A stretch of 64,000 bases of DNA from positions 17,718 through 81,717 of IMG/VR virus record IMGVR_UViG_3300032285_003287, one strand, 5' to 3'. The DNA is from a virus. The notes under the pieces were generated by a model. It did no database searches. It was not told the origin of the DNA and saw nothing but the letters and a program-made list of their open reading frames with translations. The position numbers and the translations under genes were made by a program. Of the stretch, positions 44,301-55,523 are shown one piece after another. Positions within the stretch are counted from its first letter, which is position 1; the number at the start of each line of letters is the position of its first letter.

Positions 44301-47300
44301 ATAGTTCTGGAACCGGATCTGGGGGCGTAGTATCTGGCGGCGCAACGGCACTAGTAGATCTAGCGTTTGCAATGTCTATATTTAAAAATAGTTCAAATGA
44401 GGCAAGACAAGCAACTCTAGAAAAATCAATAGCATTAAAAGAAGAAAAAATAGCTCAAATTCAGTCACAAGAAGCAATAATAAAAACAAGACAGGCATTT
44501 ATAGATGCAAATAAAGATATTCTAAATATGTCTAACGCGGTAATGAATGCAAGTAGAGATATTGGCTTTGCAAATCAGAAAATACAGGAGCTTAGTAAAA
44601 GATCGTTCAGTGAAAAATTTACAGATACAAAAATATCCGTAGAAAATAGCCGGGCCTATCAAGGTGCAAGTAAGTTCTTATCCGGTAAGGGTGGTACCGC
44701 GTTAACTTTCGCGCCAATCGTCGCAGGACAAATTTCAGAATTAATACCACAGAATTCGCAAGGCGGCAGGGGCGCGGCGCAAGCTGTTTCGTCTATTGGC
44801 AATATTGCATCGTATGCGGGGGCAGGTGGAATGTTGGGCGGACCAGTTGGAGCAGGGGTTGGTTTGGCTGCTGGAGCGATATTGGAAGTGCCTAAAGTAA
44901 TAGAGGCATTTACCACTAAGCTTCCGGAGCTACAGGAAAAATCAGATAAAGATAGAAATAAATACAATGAATTAGACGCTAGGTCAAAAAATTATTTAAA
45001 TGCATCTTCTGCTTATGACGAAGCATTAAAGAGTGGTAACTCTAACCAACAAGAGTTGAAAAAACTATCTCAAGCGAAGCAGGCGTCTTTTCAGCAGTAT
45101 TCCCCTGAGGAACAAATGAGGTTATTAAAAGCTAGAAAACAGGGCGGTAGTGAGGCTGAATATGAAGAGGTGGGCAACATGACTAGAGAGAGTGCAGAAC
45201 AGGTATCTTCTTCTGATAGGGCATTGAAGCAAAGAACATTTCTAGAAAAAGACAAAAGAGAAATTACATTTGGATCTGAAGCGGCAAAAGATACTGCTGG
45301 GGCATTAATTTCCCAAATTACATCTGGAAAAACAGGCGCTCAGGGACTGGAAGCTTTAAAAAATATTAATATAAAAGATTTAATTAGCAGCGAAGATAAA
45401 AATGAAAACCAGTATGCTAGAGCAGAGAGATTTGGTGGAGTTCTAACTAAAGCCATGGGCGGAGAAAATATTTCGGAACAGGATAGCGAGTTTGTAAAAA
45501 ATATAACAAATAAACTGGCTACTGGAAATCCGGAAGCGGCAGCTGCAACCATGCAGCAATTAGCGGAAAAAATATTAAAACTAAGGGAAGCTGCGTTTGA
45601 AGGCGCGAAGGCAGATGAGGAAGCTGCAGCGCTAGCTACTCAGGCAGCAGAAAAAAGAAAGCAGGAGATGGAGGCTATACGTCAGAATGCTAGTGCAATA
45701 GAAAAACAAATTGGATTAATACAACAGGCGACAGCGGCGTACGAGCAGAAGGCCGAGTTTAACATGGAACGCGGGCAAAATAAAAGAAACTTTTCCACTG
45801 AAATGACACAAACACGCAGGTCTAATATGGAAGAAATAGTTTCAAGTATAACTGGAAATACCATGTTGGGCGCGCGCGAACAGGGTGCAAATAAAATTTC
45901 TACTATAAACGAAAACGCTGCAAATAAAGAGGCAGATATTATTGATAAGATGAAGCTTGATGTCGCTAAAGGCGTGAGCAAGCAGTATATGAATGTTTAC
46001 GATGTAGATAAAAAGAAGTCTTCTGGTGCCCCAACGGACATTCAGTCACAGGGTGATAATATCAAACCATTAATGAAGAATTCCTTTAGTGGCATAGAAA
46101 GCTATACGGACGCGCCTAGAGATGTTAGGCAGGGTTATATAGAATCTGTTGGTGCAAATGAAATTAATAGACAATCAAAAACAATTGCCGGAGTTCAGGG
46201 TGCTTATGAACAATATGTTAAAAGTGACGGAAAGCAGGGCGATCAAGATAAGTTCAGGGCTGCACTAGCGGAGCACTTCGGCAAAATGATAGATTCTTCT
46301 CAGGCTGACAGTCAAGAGTTAAGAAATCTTATTGCCGAGAATGTACAAAAAGCAGAAGCCTCTAGGCAGGAAATTGTTAAAGTGAGAGAATCTGCAAAAC
46401 AAGAGCAAGATAAGGCAAATGCAGAGCTACAAAAACTGACCGTTTTAATGGGCTTGCAGGCTTCTGCAAAAACTTTTGGTGGCGGAATGAAGGCTTTAGA
46501 GAGTAATAAAACAACCTCTACTCCAGAAATTGAGGCACTAATAACAACAGGAACTGCGGCGCAGAAAAATAAGGTAGATAAGCAAAGACTAGTTAATAGT
46601 GGTCTTGCCTTGGCATCTACAGACGTAGGCGATAAAAATATAGCACAAAATTATTTGAAGTTTAGCAGGGTAATGAGGGAAAAATATCAAGGAGGGCTGG
46701 CGACCGGAGAAAATATTGGCTCTGACGGCCCACAGGGAGCAGAGGGGCTAATGGTACAAGAAATACAGAAAGCAATGACTAAAGATTTGGAAGCAACTAG
46801 GAAATCCGTAAGTAAAGGACCGGAAGAGTATAAGGTAATGAACATGAAGTCTGAAAATGCAATGATTGCTAACGCGACTGGTAGAAAATCTGAAGATGTT
46901 GCTAAATTATCTGGAAAAGATAGAGATGCTGCTATGACTGAGGCTTTAAATAATATAGCAAAAGTAAAAGTTGCGCAAGAAACTGGAGATAGAAGTATAC
47001 TCAAAAACGATAAAACGGGAGTACTGCAGCAAATGTTTGAAAAAACTCCCGAACACCAAGAGGACCTGAATAAATACTATAGAGATGAGGGTAATAAAGC
47101 AGAGCAGGAGGCCGCATCCTTATTAAAACAAATTTACGATCAATTATCTGCCGGACAAAAGACCTCAGATGCCGCAAAAATAGATACAAAAGCAGAAAGC
47201 ATAAAAAACAGTTTGGCTACTCCGGTTGATTACTCCAAATATGGCGACGACACGGAATGGAGGAAGGGTCAAGAGGCAAAAGAAAGAGAAGATGAAAGAC

Positions 47301-47743
47301 AGCGCAGAATTAAAAATGTTACACAAAGCATGCAGGTTAGTGGCGGACAGGGACTAACAGGCCAAGAAAAAGAAATGCTACCTCATTTAAAATCTGGGTA
47401 TGCAGGACTAGCTACTGCGCGAGTTGATAAGCAAATGGCCAAGGAAGACGCAGAGAAAAATAAAAAACAAGAACAAGAATCTAAAAATACAGAAAAATCT
47501 TCTGGCGGCGCGGGTAATGTTTCTGTTAGTGCGCCAATTAATGTAAGTATAAATGTTAATTCTAATTCAGCTACAGGAAAAGACACTACAGATTTACAGG
47601 CACAGATTCAATCTAAACTTCCAGAATTTCAAAAACAGGTAAATGAATTAGCACAAAAAACTTTAGGCATACAGGCTCAAGTGGATCGTCTAGCAATGAG
47701 TAATCAAGCCGGTAAGCCAATTCCTGTAAAATACGCAACTTAA
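41384..47743 (+). CDS. tail tape measure protein (TP901-type core)
   Basis: 2119 aa, Ala/Gly/Lys-rich and helical; AKNTGQSF..VAEAATELSRQG...DAAFAVSSKDLAEGISR.G......G..IDELIALIT......RGG.VIGNSFKTIFTR. Confidence 0.93.
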   Translation: MALDTTLKISLDSRQAEQQIDRLTSKNYGIKLNIDSQPLGRITGQLSEFNKSLDAANARVVAFGASAGAIAILEKSFRALIDSAIEVQKSLKDIQVVMDSSDAAINKFGKSLFDVAKNTGQSFAVVAEAATELSRQGLTMEETLKRTNEALILSRLSGLGAAESVRTLTATVNSFSAQAVTASEVINKFANVDAAFAVSSKDLAEGISRVGASAAQSGVSIDELIALITSAQQVTARGGAVIGNSFKTIFTRLERGKTQDLLESLGVSTKDSEGKLKTSIEMLKDLARVYGTLNSGKQAEVAEKVGGVFQINILKAALGDLGKQYSIYDNALKISASSTDEAIQRNEKLNETYAAQINRLQQSATQLAASAGKQVFGPSMDRILGAGNGILDSLNNVDSSSIGAKLGKGILDGIGQILAGPGLVMIGGVVIKLLGDFSKFASGSVKELLGLNGASKEQAAIQASITKLLEKNPSLLAQINSEAKTQNDQAKILLDFYTKQTAQMELQSKLTSQIAAQLYTGGVRMGSEGVPVKKKAEGYIPEFASEEAQAKMLGAKSPRAMWSSGTIGGQKFIKNSEEDEIVGYGRNGDSAVIPRYSAGYIPNFAGLALTSAGPGLFTVNGPKQGGRGNFTTSPMGAGAILKSYRKDLSADQKSILESEITRKEIQTSSADDLLTIGKGANKKVDLNNLDLSSVDPSISSKFGIFFPNSGGSELPIRQRASEITALNGLPVKGAVVTKLKTAPIFPLNEKESDFDNILEKQFLPPFKYLSEQILNTFKPGSKLSAEPDVNSAFTSSVRGSIFEKAVGAATAKTTEIFKESNESDQDPFDYAPLSNYKFLASKLGVSTAAEAKLSVSAAHNLPAKILAYDSGALSKLKDKIYQKINSEKNIRTAASGYIPNFADALHESIAREIGAGAPADEIYVKKYGQLASENNPDGYGVFNKRDEGSVSREMRAMRKRGYARGYIPNFAEDSSGTGSGGVVSGGATALVDLAFAMSIFKNSSNEARQATLEKSIALKEEKIAQIQSQEAIIKTRQAFIDANKDILNMSNAVMNASRDIGFANQKIQELSKRSFSEKFTDTKISVENSRAYQGASKFLSGKGGTALTFAPIVAGQISELIPQNSQGGRGAAQAVSSIGNIASYAGAGGMLGGPVGAGVGLAAGAILEVPKVIEAFTTKLPELQEKSDKDRNKYNELDARSKNYLNASSAYDEALKSGNSNQQELKKLSQAKQASFQQYSPEEQMRLLKARKQGGSEAEYEEVGNMTRESAEQVSSSDRALKQRTFLEKDKREITFGSEAAKDTAGALISQITSGKTGAQGLEALKNINIKDLISSEDKNENQYARAERFGGVLTKAMGGENISEQDSEFVKNITNKLATGNPEAAAATMQQLAEKILKLREAAFEGAKADEEAAALATQAAEKRKQEMEAIRQNASAIEKQIGLIQQATAAYEQKAEFNMERGQNKRNFSTEMTQTRRSNMEEIVSSITGNTMLGAREQGANKISTINENAANKEADIIDKMKLDVAKGVSKQYMNVYDVDKKKSSGAPTDIQSQGDNIKPLMKNSFSGIESYTDAPRDVRQGYIESVGANEINRQSKTIAGVQGAYEQYVKSDGKQGDQDKFRAALAEHFGKMIDSSQADSQELRNLIAENVQKAEASRQEIVKVRESAKQEQDKANAELQKLTVLMGLQASAKTFGGGMKALESNKTTSTPEIEALITTGTAAQKNKVDKQRLVNSGLALASTDVGDKNIAQNYLKFSRVMREKYQGGLATGENIGSDGPQGAEGLMVQEIQKAMTKDLEATRKSVSKGPEEYKVMNMKSENAMIANATGRKSEDVAKLSGKDRDAAMTEALNNIAKVKVAQETGDRSILKNDKTGVLQQMFEKTPEHQEDLNKYYRDEGNKAEQEAASLLKQIYDQLSAGQKTSDAAKIDTKAESIKNSLATPVDYSKYGDDTEWRKGQEAKEREDERQRRIKNVTQSMQVSGGQGLTGQEKEMLPHLKSGYAGLATARVDKQMAKEDAEKNKKQEQESKNTEKSSGGAGNVSVSAPINVSINVNSNSATGKDTTDLQAQIQSKLPEFQKQVNELAQKTLGIQAQVDRLAMSNQAGKPIPVKYAT

Positions 47744-47750
47744 TAAATAA

Positions 47751-49283
47751 ATGGATATCACAGATGCAATAGTACTATCTAGAAAAAAGTCCACTAAATT
47801 CTTGGGCGAAGTTTTTGCGTATCAATCTAATGAGGAGGTTGTTGTAGAGGGTATAGTTAGTAGTTTAAATTTTAGTCCTAGCAGTAACCCTACAGAGGAA
47901 TCAATTACTGTTAATGGTCAGGATCTTGGAACTGGAATAGTTAAAAGCATTTCTATGAGTGCTAAAAATCAAGCAGGTTTAGATATGCGAAAGAGAGTTA
48001 CTTTTGAGGTTTTTAAACAGGGCTCAACTGCTAGTCTAGGCGCAGAATATCCATCTATTCCTGCTGCTAATTTTAAATATATTAAAAGTTTTTCAGAAAG
48101 CAGTAGTTGTGATGTTAGTCAGGATGTTCAATCATATACTCATAGCGTTAATGTAAAGCTTACAATTTATAACGGCACGGGACTATCAACTGCTAAAAGT
48201 ATCGCCGCAACATTTTTAGACTCGAACGCCCTTGTCACATCTACGAGCGTTAACGCTAATAAATATAATACTCCGCCAGGCAAGTCTTTTTTTGATGAGA
48301 CTTACGACGAAGTAAATAGTGAGTGTAGCTTTAGTAAAAAATACGAAATAGCTACAAATGCAGATTCTACCACTGGTTATATTTTATTTAGATCGAGTTC
48401 TATAAACTATGACTCTAATGGTGTTGCAACTGCAACTGAGAATGCTGATTATCAGGATATATCTGGGAATGGACCACCAACTACTGCGGCAAATACAGAT
48501 ATAACCGGAGCGCTTGATAGATGCAGTGGACTGCTGAGTACTTTAACATCAGCATCTTCTAATGTTGGTACTATGTCTTTAATAACTACTCCAATTAGTA
48601 AAGGAATGACGGTTGACAAGGACTCTAGAAAGGTTACTTATCATGTTACTTTTTCTACTAATTTAAAAATAGATAGTACTAAAAAAATATATAGTGAGTA
48701 TACTACCACAATTGAGACAACAAATGCAGGAATTAAGTATGAGACTATAGAGGGAAATATTGTGGGAATGGGGGAAATAGACACAGCAGAAGACGAGTCT
48801 TCAAAGTATAAAAATGCACAAATTGAATGGAAAAATATAGCTAATGGTACATTTCCTAATGGTGTAACATTGAATGGAAAGCCTTTTTCTTTTTCAACTA
48901 ACCATGACCAATTAAAGGGTACGATAAGTTATACTATTAAATATAGTGATTGCGCATCTATTATATACCCAGAACAAGGAAAAGTCAGAAGAGTAATACA
49001 TAAAAATTCAACTGAGCCTGTAAATAGAAACTTAGCGCAAGTATTTAAAGTAATAAATCATGATGAAATTTTACAACAAGCTAGGCATGGTAATCTTTTG
49101 CAAAAAATGAGAACAGAGTCTACATCTATAAATGGAAACTCAATTGCTCAAATGAAAGACTTAGTTCCTAGTATAATTAACGCGTCTCCTCAAGGTAGTA
49201 ATTATGGACAGTCCGCCACTTTGAGTTTTAATTCTTCATCTAGACAGTTGACTGCGACTATAAACATAATAGAAATACCATAA
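47751..49283 (+). CDS. tail tip structural protein, 510 aa
   Basis: Follows the tape measure; Ser/Thr-rich beta protein. Confidence 0.55.
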   Translation: MDITDAIVLSRKKSTKFLGEVFAYQSNEEVVVEGIVSSLNFSPSSNPTEESITVNGQDLGTGIVKSISMSAKNQAGLDMRKRVTFEVFKQGSTASLGAEYPSIPAANFKYIKSFSESSSCDVSQDVQSYTHSVNVKLTIYNGTGLSTAKSIAATFLDSNALVTSTSVNANKYNTPPGKSFFDETYDEVNSECSFSKKYEIATNADSTTGYILFRSSSINYDSNGVATATENADYQDISGNGPPTTAANTDITGALDRCSGLLSTLTSASSNVGTMSLITTPISKGMTVDKDSRKVTYHVTFSTNLKIDSTKKIYSEYTTTIETTNAGIKYETIEGNIVGMGEIDTAEDESSKYKNAQIEWKNIANGTFPNGVTLNGKPFSFSTNHDQLKGTISYTIKYSDCASIIYPEQGKVRRVIHKNSTEPVNRNLAQVFKVINHDEILQQARHGNLLQKMRTESTSINGNSIAQMKDLVPSIINASPQGSNYGQSATLSFNSSSRQLTATINIIEIP

Positions 49284-49287
49284 CACC

Positions 49288-50919
49288 ATGAGTATTGTAA
49301 TTAAATATAATGACATAGAATTAAAGTATCCGGCTACGGTATCGGTTACTACTGATTATATTGATTACGGAAGTAGGTGGGGCGCGATTCAAAAAATTTC
49401 TATACAGGGAAATATAGTTAATACTTCTTGCAATAACGATTTAACATCTCAATATTCTAATTTGATATCTGCGCAGACTACTCTGTTTTCGTTATTTCAA
49501 AATGATTTTAAAAGTTTAAAGGTAGACTCAGAAGAAATTAAAAATTGTAAACTTGATTCTATTGATTTTCAAGAGTCTAATTATTATGGCGCAATAGGAT
49601 TTACGGTTAACTTGACCGCTTATCCAGATACATATTTTACAACGAACAGCGTAACTGACCCAGTAAATACTATAACTTACTCGGAGCAGAGAAATAATTC
49701 TTTACAAGTTACGCATAAAATAAGTGCAAAGGGAATAAATACGTCTACATCTGGTGCATCTAACGCATTAGAAAATGCTAGAAATTATATAAATGCGAGA
49801 GTAGGGGAATCGTCTTTTCCGTCGGTAAGCAAGATAACTGGTGGTACATACTCTTCTTTAACAACTATTAAGCCTAAAAAAATTGTTGAAACTATAGACC
49901 GAATGAATGCAAGCATTTCGGTTGAAAAAGTATACTTAATTAAGTCGGGCCAAACTGGCGACTCTACTTTATTTTATACAGTAGATAGTAATTATGATGA
50001 TGAAAAAGGTGTGATCACTGGTACTATAAAAGGGAATATCAGCGGGCCGATATCTACATCAATGGACAGTTTACGTTCTTCTTTAAAGAATATAAATTTT
50101 TTCTCTTTATTAAATACCTATTTTCAGGCTATAGGCGTTAAAACTGCATTAGTTAATCAGCCTGACTCTATGTCTATTAACGAAAACTCTAAAGAAAAAA
50201 CTATAGACTTTTCTTATGCTTGTAGCAGTATTCCTAGTTCTGTAAAGACTTTCTCCAAAACATTCAGCATGTCAAATGACTATATTACGGATAAAGTTAC
50301 AATTAATTTTACTGGAAAAGTAGAATTTAGAGGTGGACAAAAGCAAAGACAGACGGCCGCTTCAAACTTTCAGTTTACCGCTGATGCCGCACAGGCCCTG
50401 TGTTCGGCCTTTTACACTGAAAACTCTGTAGATAAATTTGGTAAAAAAGCAACTATTAATGCCGTGCCTACAACATTTGAAATAAAAAGAGATTTAATAA
50501 ATGGAGTGGTAACTATAACTGCAGCATGTGATAATCGGCCAAATCCACCAGATGCGCGCTTTACTTCGTTTGATTATACTTTATCGGCAAATGCTAGTGC
50601 ACATTATTTTACAACTGCTTATTTTCTAGATGGCGGCACTTCTGGACTTGACTATAGAATTAAAACAAGAGGAGAGATTAGTATACAAGGTAATGCAACT
50701 GCAAAAATTTCAGGTCTAGAGTCTGCATGTATTTCTATGGCACAAAATTTATTAACTCAGGCTAGAGATGCGGTTGGAGGGTTAACTGATGAATTATTAG
50801 TCGAGGCTAAGGTAGAGTCTACCGATAAACCAGATGATAGCGGGTACATTTATACTGTAACTGTAACAAAGACGGGATTAACAACAAAAACTACAAAAGA
50901 TTGGGGGGCATCAAACTAA
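49288..50919 (+). CDS. tail tip structural protein, 543 aa (likely paralogue of the previous gene)
   Basis: Similar size and composition, with shared TH.(V/I) and I.GNI patterns. Confidence 0.55.
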   Translation: MSIVIKYNDIELKYPATVSVTTDYIDYGSRWGAIQKISIQGNIVNTSCNNDLTSQYSNLISAQTTLFSLFQNDFKSLKVDSEEIKNCKLDSIDFQESNYYGAIGFTVNLTAYPDTYFTTNSVTDPVNTITYSEQRNNSLQVTHKISAKGINTSTSGASNALENARNYINARVGESSFPSVSKITGGTYSSLTTIKPKKIVETIDRMNASISVEKVYLIKSGQTGDSTLFYTVDSNYDDEKGVITGTIKGNISGPISTSMDSLRSSLKNINFFSLLNTYFQAIGVKTALVNQPDSMSINENSKEKTIDFSYACSSIPSSVKTFSKTFSMSNDYITDKVTINFTGKVEFRGGQKQRQTAASNFQFTADAAQALCSAFYTENSVDKFGKKATINAVPTTFEIKRDLINGVVTITAACDNRPNPPDARFTSFDYTLSANASAHYFTTAYFLDGGTSGLDYRIKTRGEISIQGNATAKISGLESACISMAQNLLTQARDAVGGLTDELLVEAKVESTDKPDDSGYIYTVTVTKTGLTTKTTKDWGASN

Positions 50920-50922
50920 AAT

Positions 50923-52722
50923 ATGGAAAATTCAATCACATATTTACTTAGAAACTACTATACTATTTCTAGCCAAAATTATAGATTATTTTATGATTTT
51001 AATAGTACTGGATTGCCAGTAGTTCAAAATGTTACTGGGGACTTATCTATTTCTGGATATATAACAGGAAATAATACTGAAAATTTTTATTTAAATTCTG
51101 GTGTAGTAAATTTTTCTGGTAATTCGGTATTTATAGATAATTCATCTGCAAGTATAAATACTAAAGATTGTACATATTTTATTACATATGAGAATAAGAG
51201 CTTGGGCGACTTTGTGTTGCTAAACTGTATTGAAACTGGATCTTATAATAACTCTATTTACTATAAGGGGTATGAATTTGGCGTAACTGCTAATAATTAT
51301 TTATATTTTAATTATTATAATAGTGGCGGATCTCAGGTTTTTGTATCCAGTCAAAACATGCCAGATAAATCTAACGTGTTTTTGACGCTTGCAAATAATG
51401 CGGTACAATTTGGTAGCTATGATTTTATTTACCAAAAACTAAATGTAGATTTATTTCCGTTAGATACGAATTATATATTTAATCCAACTGGAATATGGAT
51501 TTCCTCTAATTTAAATTATACTGGGCTTTACAGTAGAAATATGCCATTTAGGGGCAATATGGAAAAATTCTTATGTTTTTCTCCTTCAATACCTATTTCG
51601 GATATTAGGTTAATAAATAGCGGCACTGTTAGTAATTATATATCTGGTGGTAATATTATACAAAACATTGTGTCTACTGGAATTACGGGTTATGCTACTG
51701 GTATGCTGCCATATTTTACTGGAATTACCGGTACAACATATGGAATAACAGGGGTAATAACTGACGAGTTCGGTGAAACATATAGTGGATATGGGCAAAT
51801 TGATTTAACTGGAGTTTTGTATACTCAACAGATATTACCGCAATATGGAATAGTATATACACCAGAAACTGTTTATATTAATGAGTCTTGCTCTATAGAC
51901 CCCAACCTAATATTAAAATATGGAAAATCTAATTTAAATTTGTTATTTAATTCTAATCTGCAAGATAATATTAATTATATTTACAATACAGGATCTAGCC
52001 AGATATCTAATATAGATAATCTAAAATCTAAAAAAGCAAACGGTTTTAAATATTTTAACTGGGTTACTAATACTAATCATTTTTATGAGGTATGGTGTGA
52101 TGGGTTATATCAGTATTCTGGCACGGTAACTTCGTCTGGAGATATATATAATATAACTCAAATTTTATCTGGAGATTATATCCTAGATGAGAATGGTAAT
52201 ATTATATTTAATAATAATTTTGATTTAAATGACAACGTAAAGATAGATGCAATAATACCAAATGCATATAATACTTTATATATAGATAATTTTAATCTAT
52301 CTAATATTGCACTGCTTTATTCTGGCGAGGGTTATTATTTAAATTGGCCAACAAACTCACAGATTTTTTTAAATGGTCAAAAATTAGTATCTGGAAACAC
52401 TGGAGATATAGGAATATCTGCAGACTACGGCATACATAATCAAAAGATTTTTATAAAAAATGCTGGGGTATTTTATAATTTATCAAACAGTATACTTTCC
52501 GCCATAGTTGAGAGTGGTGTTTATGATAGCATTTCTAGCTCTAGTGTAATATCTTGTGGTCATAAATTTCTGCCGGGCTCATCTAAGGCTTATAGGAATG
52601 GTGTAAGATTAGACTTAAATTATGATTATATAGAGCTAGCTAATTTTGACACTAATCTTGGAACGGGTATTTTTGATATAAATACAGATATTATATATAA
52701 TGGAAATGGAGGTTTTAACTAA
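50923..52722 (+). CDS. virion structural protein with possible LamG/ConA-like N-terminal domain
   Basis: YDFN...F.GN.EKF..FS; IFLNGQKL and YRNGVRL..DY.E repeats; [S/T]G-rich. Confidence 0.5.
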   Translation: MENSITYLLRNYYTISSQNYRLFYDFNSTGLPVVQNVTGDLSISGYITGNNTENFYLNSGVVNFSGNSVFIDNSSASINTKDCTYFITYENKSLGDFVLLNCIETGSYNNSIYYKGYEFGVTANNYLYFNYYNSGGSQVFVSSQNMPDKSNVFLTLANNAVQFGSYDFIYQKLNVDLFPLDTNYIFNPTGIWISSNLNYTGLYSRNMPFRGNMEKFLCFSPSIPISDIRLINSGTVSNYISGGNIIQNIVSTGITGYATGMLPYFTGITGTTYGITGVITDEFGETYSGYGQIDLTGVLYTQQILPQYGIVYTPETVYINESCSIDPNLILKYGKSNLNLLFNSNLQDNINYIYNTGSSQISNIDNLKSKKANGFKYFNWVTNTNHFYEVWCDGLYQYSGTVTSSGDIYNITQILSGDYILDENGNIIFNNNFDLNDNVKIDAIIPNAYNTLYIDNFNLSNIALLYSGEGYYLNWPTNSQIFLNGQKLVSGNTGDIGISADYGIHNQKIFIKNAGVFYNLSNSILSAIVESGVYDSISSSSVISCGHKFLPGSSKAYRNGVRLDLNYDYIELANFDTNLGTGIFDINTDIIYNGNGGFN

Positions 52723-55523
52723 TGCCCGGAAGCGAACCAAAAATAATAACGATTGACCAAATCAATGGAAATTTTCATGGTGGATTTCCTTTCGTAGCTA
52801 ACTGGAATTTTAATGATGGAAGTACGCCTTCTACTCTTACTGTTAGCGTGGTTAATAGCCAGGGTAATTATAATATTAGTGACACAGATATTGGTTATAC
52901 TACTACTACCTCGGTTAGTCTTGGTTCTTTCAATTTTAATGGTTATTTAGTGGGTTATGACATAGAAGAGTCTGCGCAACAGTGTATTTTAACTTTAGAG
53001 TATATAGACCAGAGCGTAAAATTAGAAATGTGGAGTGTTGGTTTAGATTGCAGGCATGGAAATAAAAAAAGTACGGATAACCCCAGTCGTATTATTTTAG
53101 TTGGCAAAGAATATAACCCATGCGATAAAAATTTGGACTCAACTCTCAATTTTTCTGTTGCCGATTCGTCTCCATCCGATCCATGTGATCCGTGCCCAAA
53201 TTTTCCAGCAAAGGGTTATGAGAAAACTTGTGAGCCAGAACATAAGGACTTAAAAATATTTCCAGTATACTATACTTTTAATGATCTTTTGGATAAAGTG
53301 CATCTATGTGGGTTAACTGTTGTAAAGCCTAGTGATATTAAAGATTCTTTTACAAATCATAGGGCGCAGCATGTTGGTAGCTTAAAGTCAGTTTTGTCTA
53401 CATGGTGTTCTGAGCTTGGCTTATCATATTACTATGACCCTATTAAACAAGAGCTTAGATTTTTAGACAGAAGCACTCCTTTAACAATACCCGACAAGGG
53501 AACATTAGAAACTGCAGGTAATGTTATTAGTTTAAAATATGGGGCAACTAAATCTAAAACATTTTCTAGAGGGTTTATTGGGTATCTTGGTACGCAGGGA
53601 GAGATTAAAAAGTATACATGTGAAAGAGAGGATTCTGCCACTTTATTTCCGCTAACAGTTGCTGATTTACTTGCGGAAGATTCGTCCAGTAGTAATAATA
53701 AGCCAACCGGTACCTTTGACGTTCAAGATGGACGGGGATACGATTCACAATATCCAACCTACTCGCCACCTGAAAGTAATAGCTCAAATAACGCCCCCAG
53801 ACAAGTAGACCCAATAACTTCTACTTACTATAGTACTGCATTAGCATACTACCCCCCACCAGTTAGATTGGCGTTTATATGGTTTTATATTTTACAAATA
53901 TTAGATGATACGGACGCACAAGACTGGATAATCCCACCAAAACAGCCGCAGCCAAACGGTTCGCCTAGCCAATCTAGTGGTTCAAATAATGGAACTATAT
54001 TTGAGCTTGGCAATATGAATATAAGAAAAATATACTCATATACTCAGAATAAGAGCATATTTGAAGAGCTTAAGGGCATTTTGCCTCAAGAATATATAGA
54101 TTATGTTACAAATGAGGACAAGAATAATAAAAGAAATACCGACACTCTGGGGCCATCTTATTATTTTATATTAGCGCAATGTAGCATAAGCCTTCTAAAT
54201 AAGCAAGAGGAAAGGGATGTTTCTAGAGCAAAAAGATTTTTGGGTAGATATTATTATAGAAGTTTTGACAAGCTGGCCGTTGCGGGTGGAGATAATAGCA
54301 ATTCTCAATTAAATATTGACGCAGCAGGTGCGAGTTGTTCATATCATCCAAGAGGAGAATATATTCAACAGTTACCAATCTTTTCTTTTGGTCATGACTC
54401 AAGTTCTAGGGTTGGTACAATTGTAACTAATTTGGCCTCAGACGAGTCACAAAATATTACTGATATCGCCACTCCAACAGATAGCACTGACCCAAAAAAG
54501 AAATACAGAAGCCTAAAAAGTTTTCTATTATTAGATAGGGGAGATGCGGCAAAATTTAGTCCAGATGAGTCAGAGTTTGATAATTGGACTGACACTTGGA
54601 AATGGTATGAAAATTGTGCACCAAAAATAATAGGCAATGATGGCAGACCGGAAATTATAACTAATCTAGATGGGGATGCTGCAAGCGATAGTACTTTAAA
54701 ACTGTTCTTAGTGCGATCATTGCCATCTTTTGATGTTGCCGCCAATCAAGGAAAAAACAATCCTTGGGAATCTACAGTAAAAAAGACAAGAACGCGGAGC
54801 TATGAAAACGTTCAAAATGGTGAAAGTGACAACGGATCTATGGACCATCCGGCTGGAAATGATACTGACGCTTCGTATGGTCTAATGAGTCCAAGAACTA
54901 CAGAAATAGTCATGCCAGCAGGACTTACTATTTATCCTCCAGCGCAGTCGATGCCCTTTTCTCAAGACCAGCTCGGATTTAGAGTATTTATTCAGTCTAG
55001 CTCCAAGTATAAAAAAATAATACCTAAATTTCAAAAAACTGTTTTTAAAGACGTGGAAAATGCAGATAACGTGTCAAAAGTTGATTACATATATAAAGAA
55101 TTGAGCAGTGAAGATATGCATGTTATCGGCGAACAAACTCGTTGTATGCCAACGGAACAAACGGTTAAAACTTATGTGGATAAGTTTGCGAGATATATGT
55201 CGGTATCTAATAAAAATGTTTCTCATACTGCAAATTTGAAACTATTGGGTGTTATGCCAAAGAGATATACAGTAGAGCAGGGGCTATGTTCGGTACAGAT
55301 AACCGTCGGAGATAATGGGGTATATACCGACTATACTTTTGAAGATAAGGTTATCATACCCCCTGCTGATGACGTAATAGCCGAACAGGTTATAAGACAA
55401 AATAGAATTGCGCCTATAATGGGAAGCTCTTTACAAAAATTAACAAAACAAGAGTTTACTGACGTGCAAACTGCAGTGAATAATGTAGCTTCTTTTAATA
55501 CTTCAAGTCTAAAATTATCATGA
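52722..55523 (+). CDS. putative baseplate hub/tail tip protein, 933 aa
   Basis: GSL.SVL..WC.ELG..YYYD hub-like motif; position. Confidence 0.5.
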   Translation: MPGSEPKIITIDQINGNFHGGFPFVANWNFNDGSTPSTLTVSVVNSQGNYNISDTDIGYTTTTSVSLGSFNFNGYLVGYDIEESAQQCILTLEYIDQSVKLEMWSVGLDCRHGNKKSTDNPSRIILVGKEYNPCDKNLDSTLNFSVADSSPSDPCDPCPNFPAKGYEKTCEPEHKDLKIFPVYYTFNDLLDKVHLCGLTVVKPSDIKDSFTNHRAQHVGSLKSVLSTWCSELGLSYYYDPIKQELRFLDRSTPLTIPDKGTLETAGNVISLKYGATKSKTFSRGFIGYLGTQGEIKKYTCEREDSATLFPLTVADLLAEDSSSSNNKPTGTFDVQDGRGYDSQYPTYSPPESNSSNNAPRQVDPITSTYYSTALAYYPPPVRLAFIWFYILQILDDTDAQDWIIPPKQPQPNGSPSQSSGSNNGTIFELGNMNIRKIYSYTQNKSIFEELKGILPQEYIDYVTNEDKNNKRNTDTLGPSYYFILAQCSISLLNKQEERDVSRAKRFLGRYYYRSFDKLAVAGGDNSNSQLNIDAAGASCSYHPRGEYIQQLPIFSFGHDSSSRVGTIVTNLASDESQNITDIATPTDSTDPKKKYRSLKSFLLLDRGDAAKFSPDESEFDNWTDTWKWYENCAPKIIGNDGRPEIITNLDGDAASDSTLKLFLVRSLPSFDVAANQGKNNPWESTVKKTRTRSYENVQNGESDNGSMDHPAGNDTDASYGLMSPRTTEIVMPAGLTIYPPAQSMPFSQDQLGFRVFIQSSSKYKKIIPKFQKTVFKDVENADNVSKVDYIYKELSSEDMHVIGEQTRCMPTEQTVKTYVDKFARYMSVSNKNVSHTANLKLLGVMPKRYTVEQGLCSVQITVGDNGVYTDYTFEDKVIIPPADDVIAEQVIRQNRIAPIMGSSLQKLTKQEFTDVQTAVNNVASFNTSSLKLS